32,000 bases of DNA, from positions 1 through 32,000 of the forward strand of contig PRDJ01000077.1 in assembly GCA_003345555.1 (NCBI GenBank). Direction: 5' to 3'. Positions 8,499-17,063 of the stretch are shown here, in pieces. Below the pieces are notes generated by a model. That model did not search any database. It was not told the origin of the DNA and saw only the letters and a list, made by a program, of their open reading frames with translations. Numbering within the stretch: position 1 is the first letter of the stretch; every line of letters starts with the position of its first letter. Made by a program: the position numbers and the translations under genes. Source of the DNA: Candidatus Thorarchaeota archaeon (GTDB lineage Archaea; Asgardarchaeota; Thorarchaeia; Thorarchaeales; Thorarchaeaceae).

Positions 8499-9278
8499 TT
8501 GAACGATTTTCTATTACCCTTTGTTGAAGGCCGAAAGGCTTCAGGTGTCTTCTCTCCCAAAGCTATGATTATCGCGTCTGTCGCAACGGCTATTCTAGTC
8601 TCCATCCAAACGAATCTTCGTATAGTGCTCCTTCTAGGGTTCCTGATTGTCGCGTGTGGAGTAGCTTCTCGCACCCGGTGGAGACCAGTAATCTCATTGG
8701 CTGCCAGATTCGAGGTGTTGGTCCTGTTTTGGGTTGTAATGGTACCGTTCATGTACGGAAGCACTGTCCTTGCAACTATCTCGCTTCCGTTTGGTCGATT
8801 CCAGATCTATCTCGAAGGCCTCACCCTGGGATTCATGCTGACCCTCAGAATGTCACTAATCGTACTTCTCTTTGTGGGCACGTTGTCGCACATGGCTCTT
8901 AGTGATTTTGTGGGTGCTATGTACGGCCTACGACTGCCAATGCCAGTCATAGGGTCATTACTCATAATGCTCAGATATGTTCCTCAGCTTGTCAACGAGC
9001 GAAGAGTCATGCACGAGTCTCAGCTCCTTCGGGGTCTCGGTGGCGCTGCGCGTTCAGTGCAGATACGTTCAGTAGGCTTTCTCATCGGCACAACTATAGA
9101 CAGAGGATTTGACAGAAGCACCGTGGTCTATGACTCAATGGTGTTGAGGGGTTTGGGAAAGCAATTCCGCCCGTCAGGAACAGGGTTTCATCGCTCCGAT
9201 ACTCTCCTTCTTGGTGTAGTCCTTCTTCTGGCCTCTATTCTCTGTGGCATTCTCCCGATTCCGGTTCAGGTGTTCTAA
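8499..9278 (+). CDS. nikQ: Ni/Co ECF transporter transmembrane component (NikQ/CbiQ)
   Basis: TM segments, LIMLRYVPQLVNERRVMHESQLLRG and RSTVVYDSMVLRG (T-component Arg motifs). TTG 8499 follows GGAGG. Confidence 0.88.
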   Translation: MNDFLLPFVEGRKASGVFSPKAMIIASVATAILVSIQTNLRIVLLLGFLIVACGVASRTRWRPVISLAARFEVLVLFWVVMVPFMYGSTVLATISLPFGRFQIYLEGLTLGFMLTLRMSLIVLLFVGTLSHMALSDFVGAMYGLRLPMPVIGSLLIMLRYVPQLVNERRVMHESQLLRGLGGAARSVQIRSVGFLIGTTIDRGFDRSTVVYDSMVLRGLGKQFRPSGTGFHRSDTLLLGVVLLLASILCGILPIPVQVF

Positions 9279-9279
9279 C

Positions 9280-10029
9280 GTGATAAAACCGATCGAGCTC
9301 GAACATGTCTTCTTCAGCTATCCTAGCTTCTCCATCGACAATGTCACTACTGAATTGAGACAGGGAGAGCTCAAGGCGGTAGCAGGGCGCAATGGCTCCG
9401 GAAAGACTACACTCTTCCGACTAATCCTAGGTCTACTGCAGCCAAGGCAAGGTGAGATTCGTGTATTCGGACGCCCTGTAAACAAGGATAACCTCTGGTC
9501 TGTCAGGCAAGACGTTGGATTCCTGTTTCAGAGCCCGCAGGATCAACTCTTCGCTCCGACAGTCTGGGAGGATATCAGCTTTGGTCCAAGAAATCAGGGA
9601 CTGACTGAAGAGGAGACCAGCGCTAGGGTCGAACAAGCACTAGATATCGTGGGTCTGTCGGAGCTGGGAGGGCGACCTGTGAACCAACTCAGCCATGGTG
9701 AGGCGAAGCGCATAGCTCTTGCAGGAATCATTGCCATGCGTCCGAAGATACTGCTGTTGGACGAACCGTTCTCAGGACTAGACTATCCCATGATTGCAGG
9801 TCTTCTTGATATTGTGAACAATCTGAGGAGAGAAGAGAGAGTGAGCGTAATGTACACGACTCATGACAGATTCTTTCTCGAGAACTGGGCTGATTCTGTA
9901 CTGGTCATGAGGCGAGGACGCGTGGTATATGATGGGGCAATTGGCGCGGCTCTTGTTAGTCCGGATCTCCAACCGGAGGTGGGTGGCTGCAGCTTGCTAA
10001 GGGCGCATCTTGCGGACTCAACGGACTAG
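9280..10029 (+). CDS. nikO: ECF transporter ATPase (NikO/CbiO)
   Basis: Walker A GRNGSGKTT, Q-loop FQSPQDQLF, signature LSHGEAKR, Walker B LLLDEP, H-loop THD. Confidence 0.93.
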   Translation: MIKPIELEHVFFSYPSFSIDNVTTELRQGELKAVAGRNGSGKTTLFRLILGLLQPRQGEIRVFGRPVNKDNLWSVRQDVGFLFQSPQDQLFAPTVWEDISFGPRNQGLTEEETSARVEQALDIVGLSELGGRPVNQLSHGEAKRIALAGIIAMRPKILLLDEPFSGLDYPMIAGLLDIVNNLRREERVSVMYTTHDRFFLENWADSVLVMRRGRVVYDGAIGAALVSPDLQPEVGGCSLLRAHLADSTD

Positions 10030-10143
10030 ATTCTCACTTTGCCGTTCGAAAACCGCTTCATTCAGAGCTGAGGCGTGATGGTTCACAATCGTTAACCTTA
10101 TAATGGTTGTAGGAATTGTGTTAGGAAAGGGAGGCAAGTCGGA

Positions 10144-10638
10144 ATGATACCACGCGAGCAGAACGTATGCCTAAATATAGGTGAGAAGGCACCGGACTTT
10201 ACACTTCCGGACCAGAATGGCAGTCAAGTGCGCCTGTCGGACTTCAAGGGGAAGAAGAACGTTGTATTGGTTCTGCATCCTAGCACACTCACCAAATCCT
10301 GCAAGGACGATATTCGCTTCTATCAAGAACGAACGGACGAGTTCCACGCTTTGAACACCGAGATTCTGGTGGTGAACATGGATTCGATCGATTACAACAG
10401 AGATTGGGTCAAGGAGATTGGAGGGCTCAGCTTCCCCGTGCTTTCCGATCGCGATCCTCTTGGAGGCGTCAGTTTGACGTACGATTGCTTTGTTCCGAAG
10501 GAAGGGTATGGCAACAGAGCGGTCTTTGTCATTGACAAGAGTGGGATAATTCGGCACATCGAGAAGATCAAGGCTCTTCGAGGCGCCTGTCCTGACATGA
10601 TTCGTCTGAGCGATGTCCTATTGTCATTGAAGAGCTAG
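10144..10638 (+). CDS. Peroxiredoxin (AhpC/TSA, AhpE/BCP-like)
   Basis: GEKAPDFTLPDQNG, PSTLTKSC (PxxxTxxC), FPVLSD and NRAVFVIDKSGIIR. Confidence 0.9.
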   Translation: MIPREQNVCLNIGEKAPDFTLPDQNGSQVRLSDFKGKKNVVLVLHPSTLTKSCKDDIRFYQERTDEFHALNTEILVVNMDSIDYNRDWVKEIGGLSFPVLSDRDPLGGVSLTYDCFVPKEGYGNRAVFVIDKSGIIRHIEKIKALRGACPDMIRLSDVLLSLKS

Positions 10639-10686
10639 TTCATCCTACGATACATTAGAAGGTTCACGGGCGTGACCTGCGACAAC

Positions 10687-10763
10687 GCGGAGGTTGCCAA
10701 GCCAGGTCAAAGGCATAGGACCTAATCCTGTGCGACTAGAGGCGTAGGGCCTACTCCGCCTCC
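10687..10763 (+). ncRNA. Truncated tRNA-Leu 5' half (positions 1-33) with a 15-nt intron and a GC-rich trailer hairpin
   Basis: 32 of 33 nt match the 5' exon at 12286-12318. It has BHB/BHL geometry at 30/31. No anticodon, variable arm or T arm follows. Confidence 0.7.
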
Positions 10764-10787
10764 GTTTGATCCCGGACGATTCATACT

Positions 10788-11075
10788 TCAAGCAATATTC
10801 ATCGAATTCGTTATAGCACAATTGGGCGGCCATTCGTCGGCAGTCAAGAGTGTTGCTGGACACGGGGGCCGGGCGGGGAACAATTCTCTTGTTGCCTGGT
10901 GGTTTTCTACAAGACCGAACTGGCTCATCATGTATGCACGCTGCTCTCGGCTGAGTCCATACTTATCCGGAAAGAATCTCCCTAGGTCGAAGTCCTCCTT
11001 TCCTCCTGCATCGGTTCCTCCTGCCTTGGCTTCTGGCCTGTCTTGTGAAGATATCTTGACGGAAGTCATCTTCAA
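10788..11075 (-). CDS. Hypothetical protein
   Basis: 95-aa ORF with an ATG, divergent from the DUF4332 gene. No motif recognised. Confidence 0.35.
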   Translation of the reverse strand: MKMTSVKISSQDRPEAKAGGTDAGGKEDFDLGRFFPDKYGLSREQRAYMMSQFGLVENHQATRELFPARPPCPATLLTADEWPPNCAITNSMNIA

Positions 11076-11125
11076 TTTCCCGCAAATATTAAAAGTGAAG
11101 CCATAGAGCAGCGCCGAGGGAGGCG

Positions 11126-11827
11126 TTGGTCTTGGATGAAGAAAGGTTCAGACGATATCTGAAGGAGACCGGCAAACCTGAGAAGCGGATTGAGCGCGAA
11201 GTTAGCAAGATGAAGGACTTTGAGCTGTATTTGTCACGACACAGAAAGAGGAAGCTTGGAGCGGAAACTGCTGAAGATCTCAAAGACTTCATGAATCAGC
11301 TAGGGGACAGAAGGGAAAAGATCAACGTCTGGCTGTGGGTTCTCAGCCGGTACTATAACTCTGTGTCCAATGACTTGATGCTCTGCGCAGTAAACGAAAT
11401 GATAGGATTGCAGTTCATCAAGGTAGCTAATCTGAAAGACTTCTTGGGCGTCAATCATCAACATACTCAGGCGTTGAGGAAGGATGGAGTGTTCACATCT
11501 ATGCACTTGCTTGACGGGGGACGAACCGAAGAGGGAAGAGTGGAACTGGCAGAAAGGACTGGCGTTCCTCTTAGTGCCATACTAGAGCTGGTGAAATTGG
11601 CTGACCTGTCCAGGATTCCGGGCTTGGCTAAGAAGCGTGCAAGGCTCTATTACGATGCTGGATTGGAGACTCTGGACAGGATAGCAGAATCGAACCAAGA
11701 GGATATGCGAAAGATGCTTGTTGAGTTCGTTGAACGCACACGTTTCGACGGTAGCCCTCCGACTCCGTCCGAAGCCGCCTTCACTGTGAAACTTGCCAAG
11801 TATCTTCCACGAATCGTGGAGTACTGA
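11126..11827 (+). CDS. DUF4332 (HhH) protein with integrase-SAM-like N-terminus, paralogue 2
   Basis: ILELVKLADLSRIPGLAKKRARLYYDAGLETL is DUF4332. There is an SD GGGAGG at ~11118 and a TATA-like ATTAAAAG at ~11088. Confidence 0.85.
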   Translation: MVLDEERFRRYLKETGKPEKRIEREVSKMKDFELYLSRHRKRKLGAETAEDLKDFMNQLGDRREKINVWLWVLSRYYNSVSNDLMLCAVNEMIGLQFIKVANLKDFLGVNHQHTQALRKDGVFTSMHLLDGGRTEEGRVELAERTGVPLSAILELVKLADLSRIPGLAKKRARLYYDAGLETLDRIAESNQEDMRKMLVEFVERTRFDGSPPTPSEAAFTVKLAKYLPRIVEY

Positions 11828-11830
11828 CAG

Positions 11831-12173
11831 ATGCGTGCTCCGCTTCTTCATCGTGGCCTTACCAAGTGCCCCGGCTGCCGAAGATCACGCAGACTTGGGT
11901 TGAGACTCGATTCTCCTCAACTTGGCTAGGTAGTGGCAGCCCACAATCGCCATGCCGGGGAGGAGAGGTAGAAACAGCTGCCATATGATCCCATGCATCG
12001 CAAGAAACAGCAGAAGGAGACTGCTCAGTTTGAGGAAATATCTTCGCGAGCTGAATCCTGATGAGTGGGTGGCCCTATGCCAGAAGCATCATCGATATGT
12101 CCATTGGGCCATGGACAGGCTTCATCTCGGATGGGAAGACATGGATTGTGCATTTCTCGGGAATCGGACGTAG
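11831..12173 (+). pseudogene. Possible degraded HNH-like zinc-binding protein
   Basis: Short ORF pieces: KCPGC (ORF from 11831) and NPDEWVALCQKHHRYVHW (11952-12173), the latter resembling the HNH C-terminal LCxxCHxxxH motif. Confidence 0.35.
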
Positions 12174-12285
12174 CACGAAAAGCTCCCTTGCTGATTCATA
12201 GAAATGCTTATCATTCGATGACTCTCGGATTGCCGAGAGAGGCGACTTGGTACAGTTACTTGCTGTATCCGTTCGGCTCTGCAAT

Positions 12286-12402
12286 GCGGAGGTTGCCAAG
12301 CCAGGTCAAAGGCGTAGGTCTGTATTCCTCTGGAAATACATTGCGAAACTCAGGCTCCTATTTCGTAGGAATTCGCGGGTTCAAATCCCGTCCTCCGCAC
12401 CA
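12286..12402 (+). tRNA. trnL: tRNA-Leu(CAG) with a 29-nt intron at 30/31 (12319-12347) and encoded CCA
   Basis: Acceptor GCGGAGG/CCTCCGC; D arm GCC...GGC; spliced anticodon arm TAGGA-CTCAGGC-TCCTA; variable arm TTC-GTAG-GAA; T loop TTCAAAT; ends ACCA. BHB central helix CGTA/TGCG. Confidence 0.95.
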
Positions 12403-13648
12403 TTATTCAGAAACATCCCTTATGCTGTATGGTCAGCGGGCGGTCTGCGGCGCCGACAACTGACAGAGCATCTTTGAACCTGAGGCAAGCGCAAGCTGGC
12501 TCATCATCATGAGAACCGTGATAATGGCTATCACAAACGACGATGCTTTGCGTCGTGACACGTCCTGTTTCCTCCAATAGCAGGAAGCTCTGGGCAGTCC
12601 ACGTCTATGAATCCCATTCCACTGCCCAGAAATGTGTACGCCACCGTCCCTTAGGAATTGTTCGGGCTGCTTTGATTCGCTGCACCATTCCACGGTCACA
12701 GACACAGACGCTCTCCTGTAGAAACACAGTCTGGCCAAGATGGGAAATCGATTTGCTGAGAGTCAGGTAGGCACCAACAGACTCGATGAGGGGGAAAATG
12801 TTTCAAGAAGATGGGCAATCCTCTTATTCAATCCGGGAGCATCTACATTACATGGATAGAAAGACCAAGGAAATCATAGCAGTGGTACTGTTTTGTCTCG
12901 CAATTGTGGCAATCGACCTTCTTCTTCTGCGGGTCCAGTATTAGTCTGCCGTTTTACATATTCAGCGTCTGCAAAGACTGCTCTTCGCCCGGAGATCGGG
13001 TTAAGAGATACTACTCCAGCTGTATATCCTGAGACGACATCAAAGAAGGATTCTGCCTGCTGCCCCAAAGACAGAAGCACAAGCTGAAGCGTCCTGTCGC
13101 CCTATTGGGCCCATGATAGACTCACTGATGTAACATGGCACAGGGTCTTCAGGCAATGGCGTGATATGCAGACGACAACAAACTACCGTTTCCGGTTGCT
13201 ACATTAGTCAATCCCGCTTCTCGTGCAGTCTCGGCGGCAGCAGTCTCATGTGCCCTGTTTGTGCGTGGCGGGTCAATCGTCATGCGACGCTGAAAGAACC
13301 CGAGTCCACGGTGAAGCTCAGTATCGCTAGAATCGATACGAGCGCAAGACCGGAAATGCAGACAGCCGCCACATCGGACGAGAATCTATTGCCCGAACCT
13401 TGAGTAGCCACAACCGACATGATACCCTCCGCAAACTTGTCCGTTCAACCTTTCATAGATAGACCCGTTGCCTCAGTTACGCATTCATACGTGGAGTCCC
13501 GTCCTGCGTATCGCTGTTTCTCGTTTCAGCAGATGATCAAGCAAGACTTGTGGACAGACGAAACGGCTGCTTTCCCGGAATGGCCCACGCGCTATGCCTA
13601 GTGCATATATGCGCTCTAGAAGAAGGGACACCGAGGAGACAGTCGTCG

Positions 13649-14167
13649 ATGGAGTTTCGAAGGGCCATTCTCTTGATGATAGTCGTCTTGATGGTCTTGC
13701 GCACAGGAGTTTTGCCTATGACCGTTTTCTCATCCAGCGATGGACCAGTTTTTTCCGAGTACGGAGACTTCTATGCTGACTTCGTTGGTTCTTCCGGCAG
13801 CGTTTTTCTTGCGGTCACGGTGAACGACGGCGATGGAGTACAGACGGTAATAGGAAGTGTCAGCAATGTCTCTGAGCTGGAGTGGCACAACGTAACGATG
13901 TCAGAATCTGGTAGTGTACGGCATCGCTACTACGGCGGCTACAATGTCCCCCTTCCTGAAGACGGTCATACCTACGAGTCCCACGCAAAGTATTTTGCGA
14001 ATGACACCCTTGGTAACTGGAATAAGTCGAATCTCACGCGTCAGTACCTCACGAACATGGGCCTTTGGCGTGCTCCAAGTACCATGCTAACAGTTCTGGG
14101 GATTCTAGCAGGCACATCAGTGGTCGTTGCGGTCCTTATAGTGGTCCTACGGCGACGAAACCGCTGA
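13649..14167 (+). CDS. Secreted or surface protein with signal peptide, beta-rich (Ig-like) domain and C-terminal TM anchor
   Basis: MEFRRAILLMIVVLMVL signal, YFANDTLGNW strand motif, and C-terminal TM followed by RRRNR. Confidence 0.7.
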   Translation: MEFRRAILLMIVVLMVLRTGVLPMTVFSSSDGPVFSEYGDFYADFVGSSGSVFLAVTVNDGDGVQTVIGSVSNVSELEWHNVTMSESGSVRHRYYGGYNVPLPEDGHTYESHAKYFANDTLGNWNKSNLTRQYLTNMGLWRAPSTMLTVLGILAGTSVVVAVLIVVLRRRNR

Positions 14168-14237
14168 ATATCTGCGGCTGGCCTGCTGGCCCGAGCAGGA
14201 ACCGGCGCACACTTCTGGGCCTTGAGACCCGCGCCAG

Positions 14238-14642
14238 TTACTTCTCTGATTTCACGCGCATGATGACGCGCTTCTCCATGACGAACCAGACCTCAACTGG
14301 ACAATTGAGAGTGATTTGAGCGAGGAGGTCTTGGTCAGCTGGCTTGGGCACTTCGTAGGTCTCGAATGTGTCACTGTCCATGAGGCTGAAGTTTTCTCCC
14401 ATGTCAGCGATGACTGTTGCGCCTTTCTTGTCTATGATAGGCACATCGACCATTCGGTCTGCAGGCATGATGGCTTGTCGTTTCCGGTTATCAAAGAAAC
14501 CAACCGCTTCAAAGGTGATTTTCGCTGCTCCGTGTTTGCCTGGCTTTGACTTTTCCACATTAACAACCCTTGAGGGCATATCATCGACAATCACGTATCC
14601 ACCGGGTTTCAGGGTCCTGGCTTCTACTCTCCTAATGCTCAT
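14238..14642 (-). CDS. eif5a: Translation initiation factor aIF5A/eIF5A
   Basis: Hypusine loop KSKPGKHGAAK, LKPGGYVIVDD and VDVPIIDKK; ATG 14642. Confidence 0.97.
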   Translation of the reverse strand: MSIRRVEARTLKPGGYVIVDDMPSRVVNVEKSKPGKHGAAKITFEAVGFFDNRKRQAIMPADRMVDVPIIDKKGATVIADMGENFSLMDSDTFETYEVPKPADQDLLAQITLNCPVEVWFVMEKRVIMRVKSEK

Positions 14643-14796
14643 CCGAATCACCGTCGCATTCTTGCAGACAATTACCGGTCGGTCATGGTGTTGCATTCAT
14701 ATACTTTATGGGGAGTCATCTAGCGACCCAGCGAGGCGCCTAGGCAATGCTTAACAGCAACAGTGATAGAAATCGTTTCCGAACCGCTGTCGGGAT

Positions 14797-15675
14797 GTGT
14801 CAGTCATGATTGAGGAGAAGCCTCAGATTCTATCCAAACGGAGGGCCGTAGGTCTCGTGTGCAGAGCGGGCAGGGCGGAGGCCGATCAGCTTGGCCAAGA
14901 TATTGTGGACTTCCTCCTAGACCGTAATATCGAAGTACAGATCTGCCCGGGCTCCTGCAACGTAGACGATTCTCGAGCAAGTCCTACCCCCGTTGATAAG
15001 ATGGATGTCGATTTCATGACCTTGATCGGCGGCGATGGCACGATTCTTGATACGCTGTCGAAGCTGAGGGACAAGGAGACTCCTCTGTTTTGTATAAACA
15101 TGGGTACAGTAGGCTTCATGACGGAGAGTGACGTAGCGAGTGCCCTGAGCGCATTGGAGAAGGTTCTCAGCCGAGACTGCATAATCGAGAGGTGCACGAA
15201 TCTGAGTTCGGGTATTGGCGACAGGATTTTCCGGGATGCCCTAAACGAGGTTTACGTTGCCTCTTCTATTCACGGTCGCCTGCTGACTTTCGATATCTAT
15301 CTCGATGGAACCAACATAAGCTTCGGCCGGGCTGACGGTGTGATGGTTGCTACCCCAAGTGGATCGACGGCATATGCCCTTTCCGCAGGGGGTTCAATAT
15401 TGTCCCCTTCACTCGGAGCATTCATAGTCGTCCCCGTCTGTCCTCCAAGGTCTGAACTGCGGCCTCTCGTAGTTCCGGACTACTGCCATGTCGAGATAGA
15501 GCTGGTTAAGCCTGAAGCCTTGGGGACAGTCGTAATTGATGGCCAAGCGCAGTGGGATGTACAGCCGCTAGAAAGGGTGTGGGTGAAGAAGTCAGAAGGA
15601 GTAACCCGTTTCATACGACTGTACGACAATTACTATGATCGACTGAGGACCAGACTGGTACCTAGTAGCGTCTAG
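14797..15675 (+). CDS. ppnK: NAD(+) kinase
   Basis: GGDGTIL, INMGTVGF, ALNE, and ADGVMVATPSGSTAYALSAGG. Confidence 0.95.
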   Translation: MSVMIEEKPQILSKRRAVGLVCRAGRAEADQLGQDIVDFLLDRNIEVQICPGSCNVDDSRASPTPVDKMDVDFMTLIGGDGTILDTLSKLRDKETPLFCINMGTVGFMTESDVASALSALEKVLSRDCIIERCTNLSSGIGDRIFRDALNEVYVASSIHGRLLTFDIYLDGTNISFGRADGVMVATPSGSTAYALSAGGSILSPSLGAFIVVPVCPPRSELRPLVVPDYCHVEIELVKPEALGTVVIDGQAQWDVQPLERVWVKKSEGVTRFIRLYDNYYDRLRTRLVPSSV

Positions 15676-16200
15676 GTGAACTTGATGCATAAGGTGTATG
15701 TGGTTGACACAGGGGCACTGCTCTCCATGTGGGCACAAGAGAGTCAAGGTGCAGATATGATTACAGTACCTTCTGTAGTAGAGGAACTCCAAAATAGGCC
15801 GTCACAGACTCGCACTGAAATGCTCATCTCAACTGGGCGGTTGCGTGAGGAAGCTCCAACTGTGGGGTATATTGCAGAGGTCAAGAAGGTCGCACAGAAG
15901 AGTGGCGATTTTACATCTCTGTCAGACACTGATATCGAGCTTCTTGCGCTTGCGTTATCAAAGAAAGAGGCCGACTATTCTGTGACCATTGTCTCTACAG
16001 ACCTCTCCCTGTTGAATACTGCAAGATTCCTGAAAGTCGATGTACTTGACACAACATCGAAATTCACTCATCAGATTAAGTGGATTCTGAAGTGTCCTGC
16101 ATGCGGTCACACATCAGGGGAAAGCAGTGAAGGTCCTGAATGTCCAGTGTGCGGTACAACAATGCGCAGACACCCTGTTCAGAGGAAGTCCGTCCGCTAG
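15676..16200 (+). CDS. nob1: Nob1 rRNA-processing endonuclease (PIN domain plus zinc ribbon)
   Basis: VVDTG, VVEEL, LSDTDIELLALAL, VSTD, and C-terminal CPACG...CPVCG. Confidence 0.9.
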   Translation: MNLMHKVYVVDTGALLSMWAQESQGADMITVPSVVEELQNRPSQTRTEMLISTGRLREEAPTVGYIAEVKKVAQKSGDFTSLSDTDIELLALALSKKEADYSVTIVSTDLSLLNTARFLKVDVLDTTSKFTHQIKWILKCPACGHTSGESSEGPECPVCGTTMRRHPVQRKSVR

Positions 16201-16278
16201 GTAACGCGTATTATGGGTGGAATACAGCTCATTATCTGTCGCTGCGTCCCGGATGATAGTGCAGAGGAGCTTCGCCAT

Positions 16279-16548
16279 ATGACGGACCCCACCACTCTCA
16301 CGATCGATCGCGAAATCGACGATATCAAAGACCAAGTGAGACGCGAAATTGAGACCATACGCGACCTCATGACCACAGTCGGCTATCGTGACAGTTCGCC
16401 TGGCTGGAACGCACCTTTCCAGATACAACGACTTAGGCGTGCTCTTCGTATCCACTATCTGGCATTGAAAATCAGAGATTCGACACCGGTTCCAAGCGGG
16501 ACCCGAGAACTAGCTTGGTCTCTGGAGAGAGACGACGAATCATTTTGA
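16279..16548 (+). CDS. Hypothetical alpha-helical protein
   Basis: ATG 16279 follows SD GAGGAG; the ORF fills the gap between nob1 and yjbQ. Confidence 0.5.
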   Translation: MTDPTTLTIDREIDDIKDQVRREIETIRDLMTTVGYRDSSPGWNAPFQIQRLRRALRIHYLALKIRDSTPVPSGTRELAWSLERDDESF

Positions 16549-16968
16549 TTACTCGCCAACCATGACGACCTCGAGCAGCCTGTTTCTACTGACATTATCG
16601 AAGTCGACGAACACAACTTGCTGCCAAGTTCCAAGACATGGTCTCGCGTCTGCGAACGGTATCGTTAGGCTGGGACCTAGAATCGATGCGCGAATGTGAG
16701 AGTGTCCATTTCCATCTTGCCATCTTAGATGGTGTTCGTAGACAGCATCAGAAGGAGCAATCCTTTCCATCGCCGCTGGGAAATCCTTGAGTAATCCGCC
16801 CTCAAACTCGATTGTTGTTACGGAACCCGTCGAACCTGCGCAGAAGACGTTGCATAGCCCTGTCTTGAGGCCACTGCCTGCGATGCACTTCTCTACATCT
16901 CTCGTTATGTCAATTATGTCGCAGTTGCCTTTGGTCTTCAGAGCAATGGTCGTATGATAAGTGGCCAT
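16549..16968 (-). CDS. yjbQ: YjbQ/UPF0047 family protein (secondary thiamine-phosphate synthase)
   Basis: GSTGSVTTIE, DGNGHSHIRASILGPSLTIP and LGTWQQVVFVDFD. Confidence 0.93.
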   Translation of the reverse strand: MATYHTTIALKTKGNCDIIDITRDVEKCIAGSGLKTGLCNVFCAGSTGSVTTIEFEGGLLKDFPAAMERIAPSDAVYEHHLRWQDGNGHSHIRASILGPSLTIPFADARPCLGTWQQVVFVDFDNVSRNRLLEVVMVGE

Positions 16969-17063
16969 CCTGACAGTCCTTCTATCGTTCTTGCCGGACT
17001 AAGCTGTCTATTTCGAATCAGATTTGCTTTCTGGTCACTGTTAGACTACGAGTCGCGGGATGG

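Noticed and set aside
10687-10800. A complete second tRNA-Leu gene
   Set aside because: No 7-nt anticodon loop with a matching 3' stem and no T arm in any splicing register tried. The TAG-GG-CCTA-CTCCGC run gives only a partial, T-armless fold, so it is treated as a fragment.
12904-13116. Selenoprotein via CxxU (SSCIS-TGA) with a nearby hairpin as SECIS
   Set aside because: The frame has no convincing start or homology. The hairpin at ~13113-13150 lacks the 3' GA of the SECIS core.
15676-16200. Catalytically dead Nob1 (STDL instead of TDDY)
   Set aside because: The S/T-x-D acidic residue and the other PIN acidic residues are still present.
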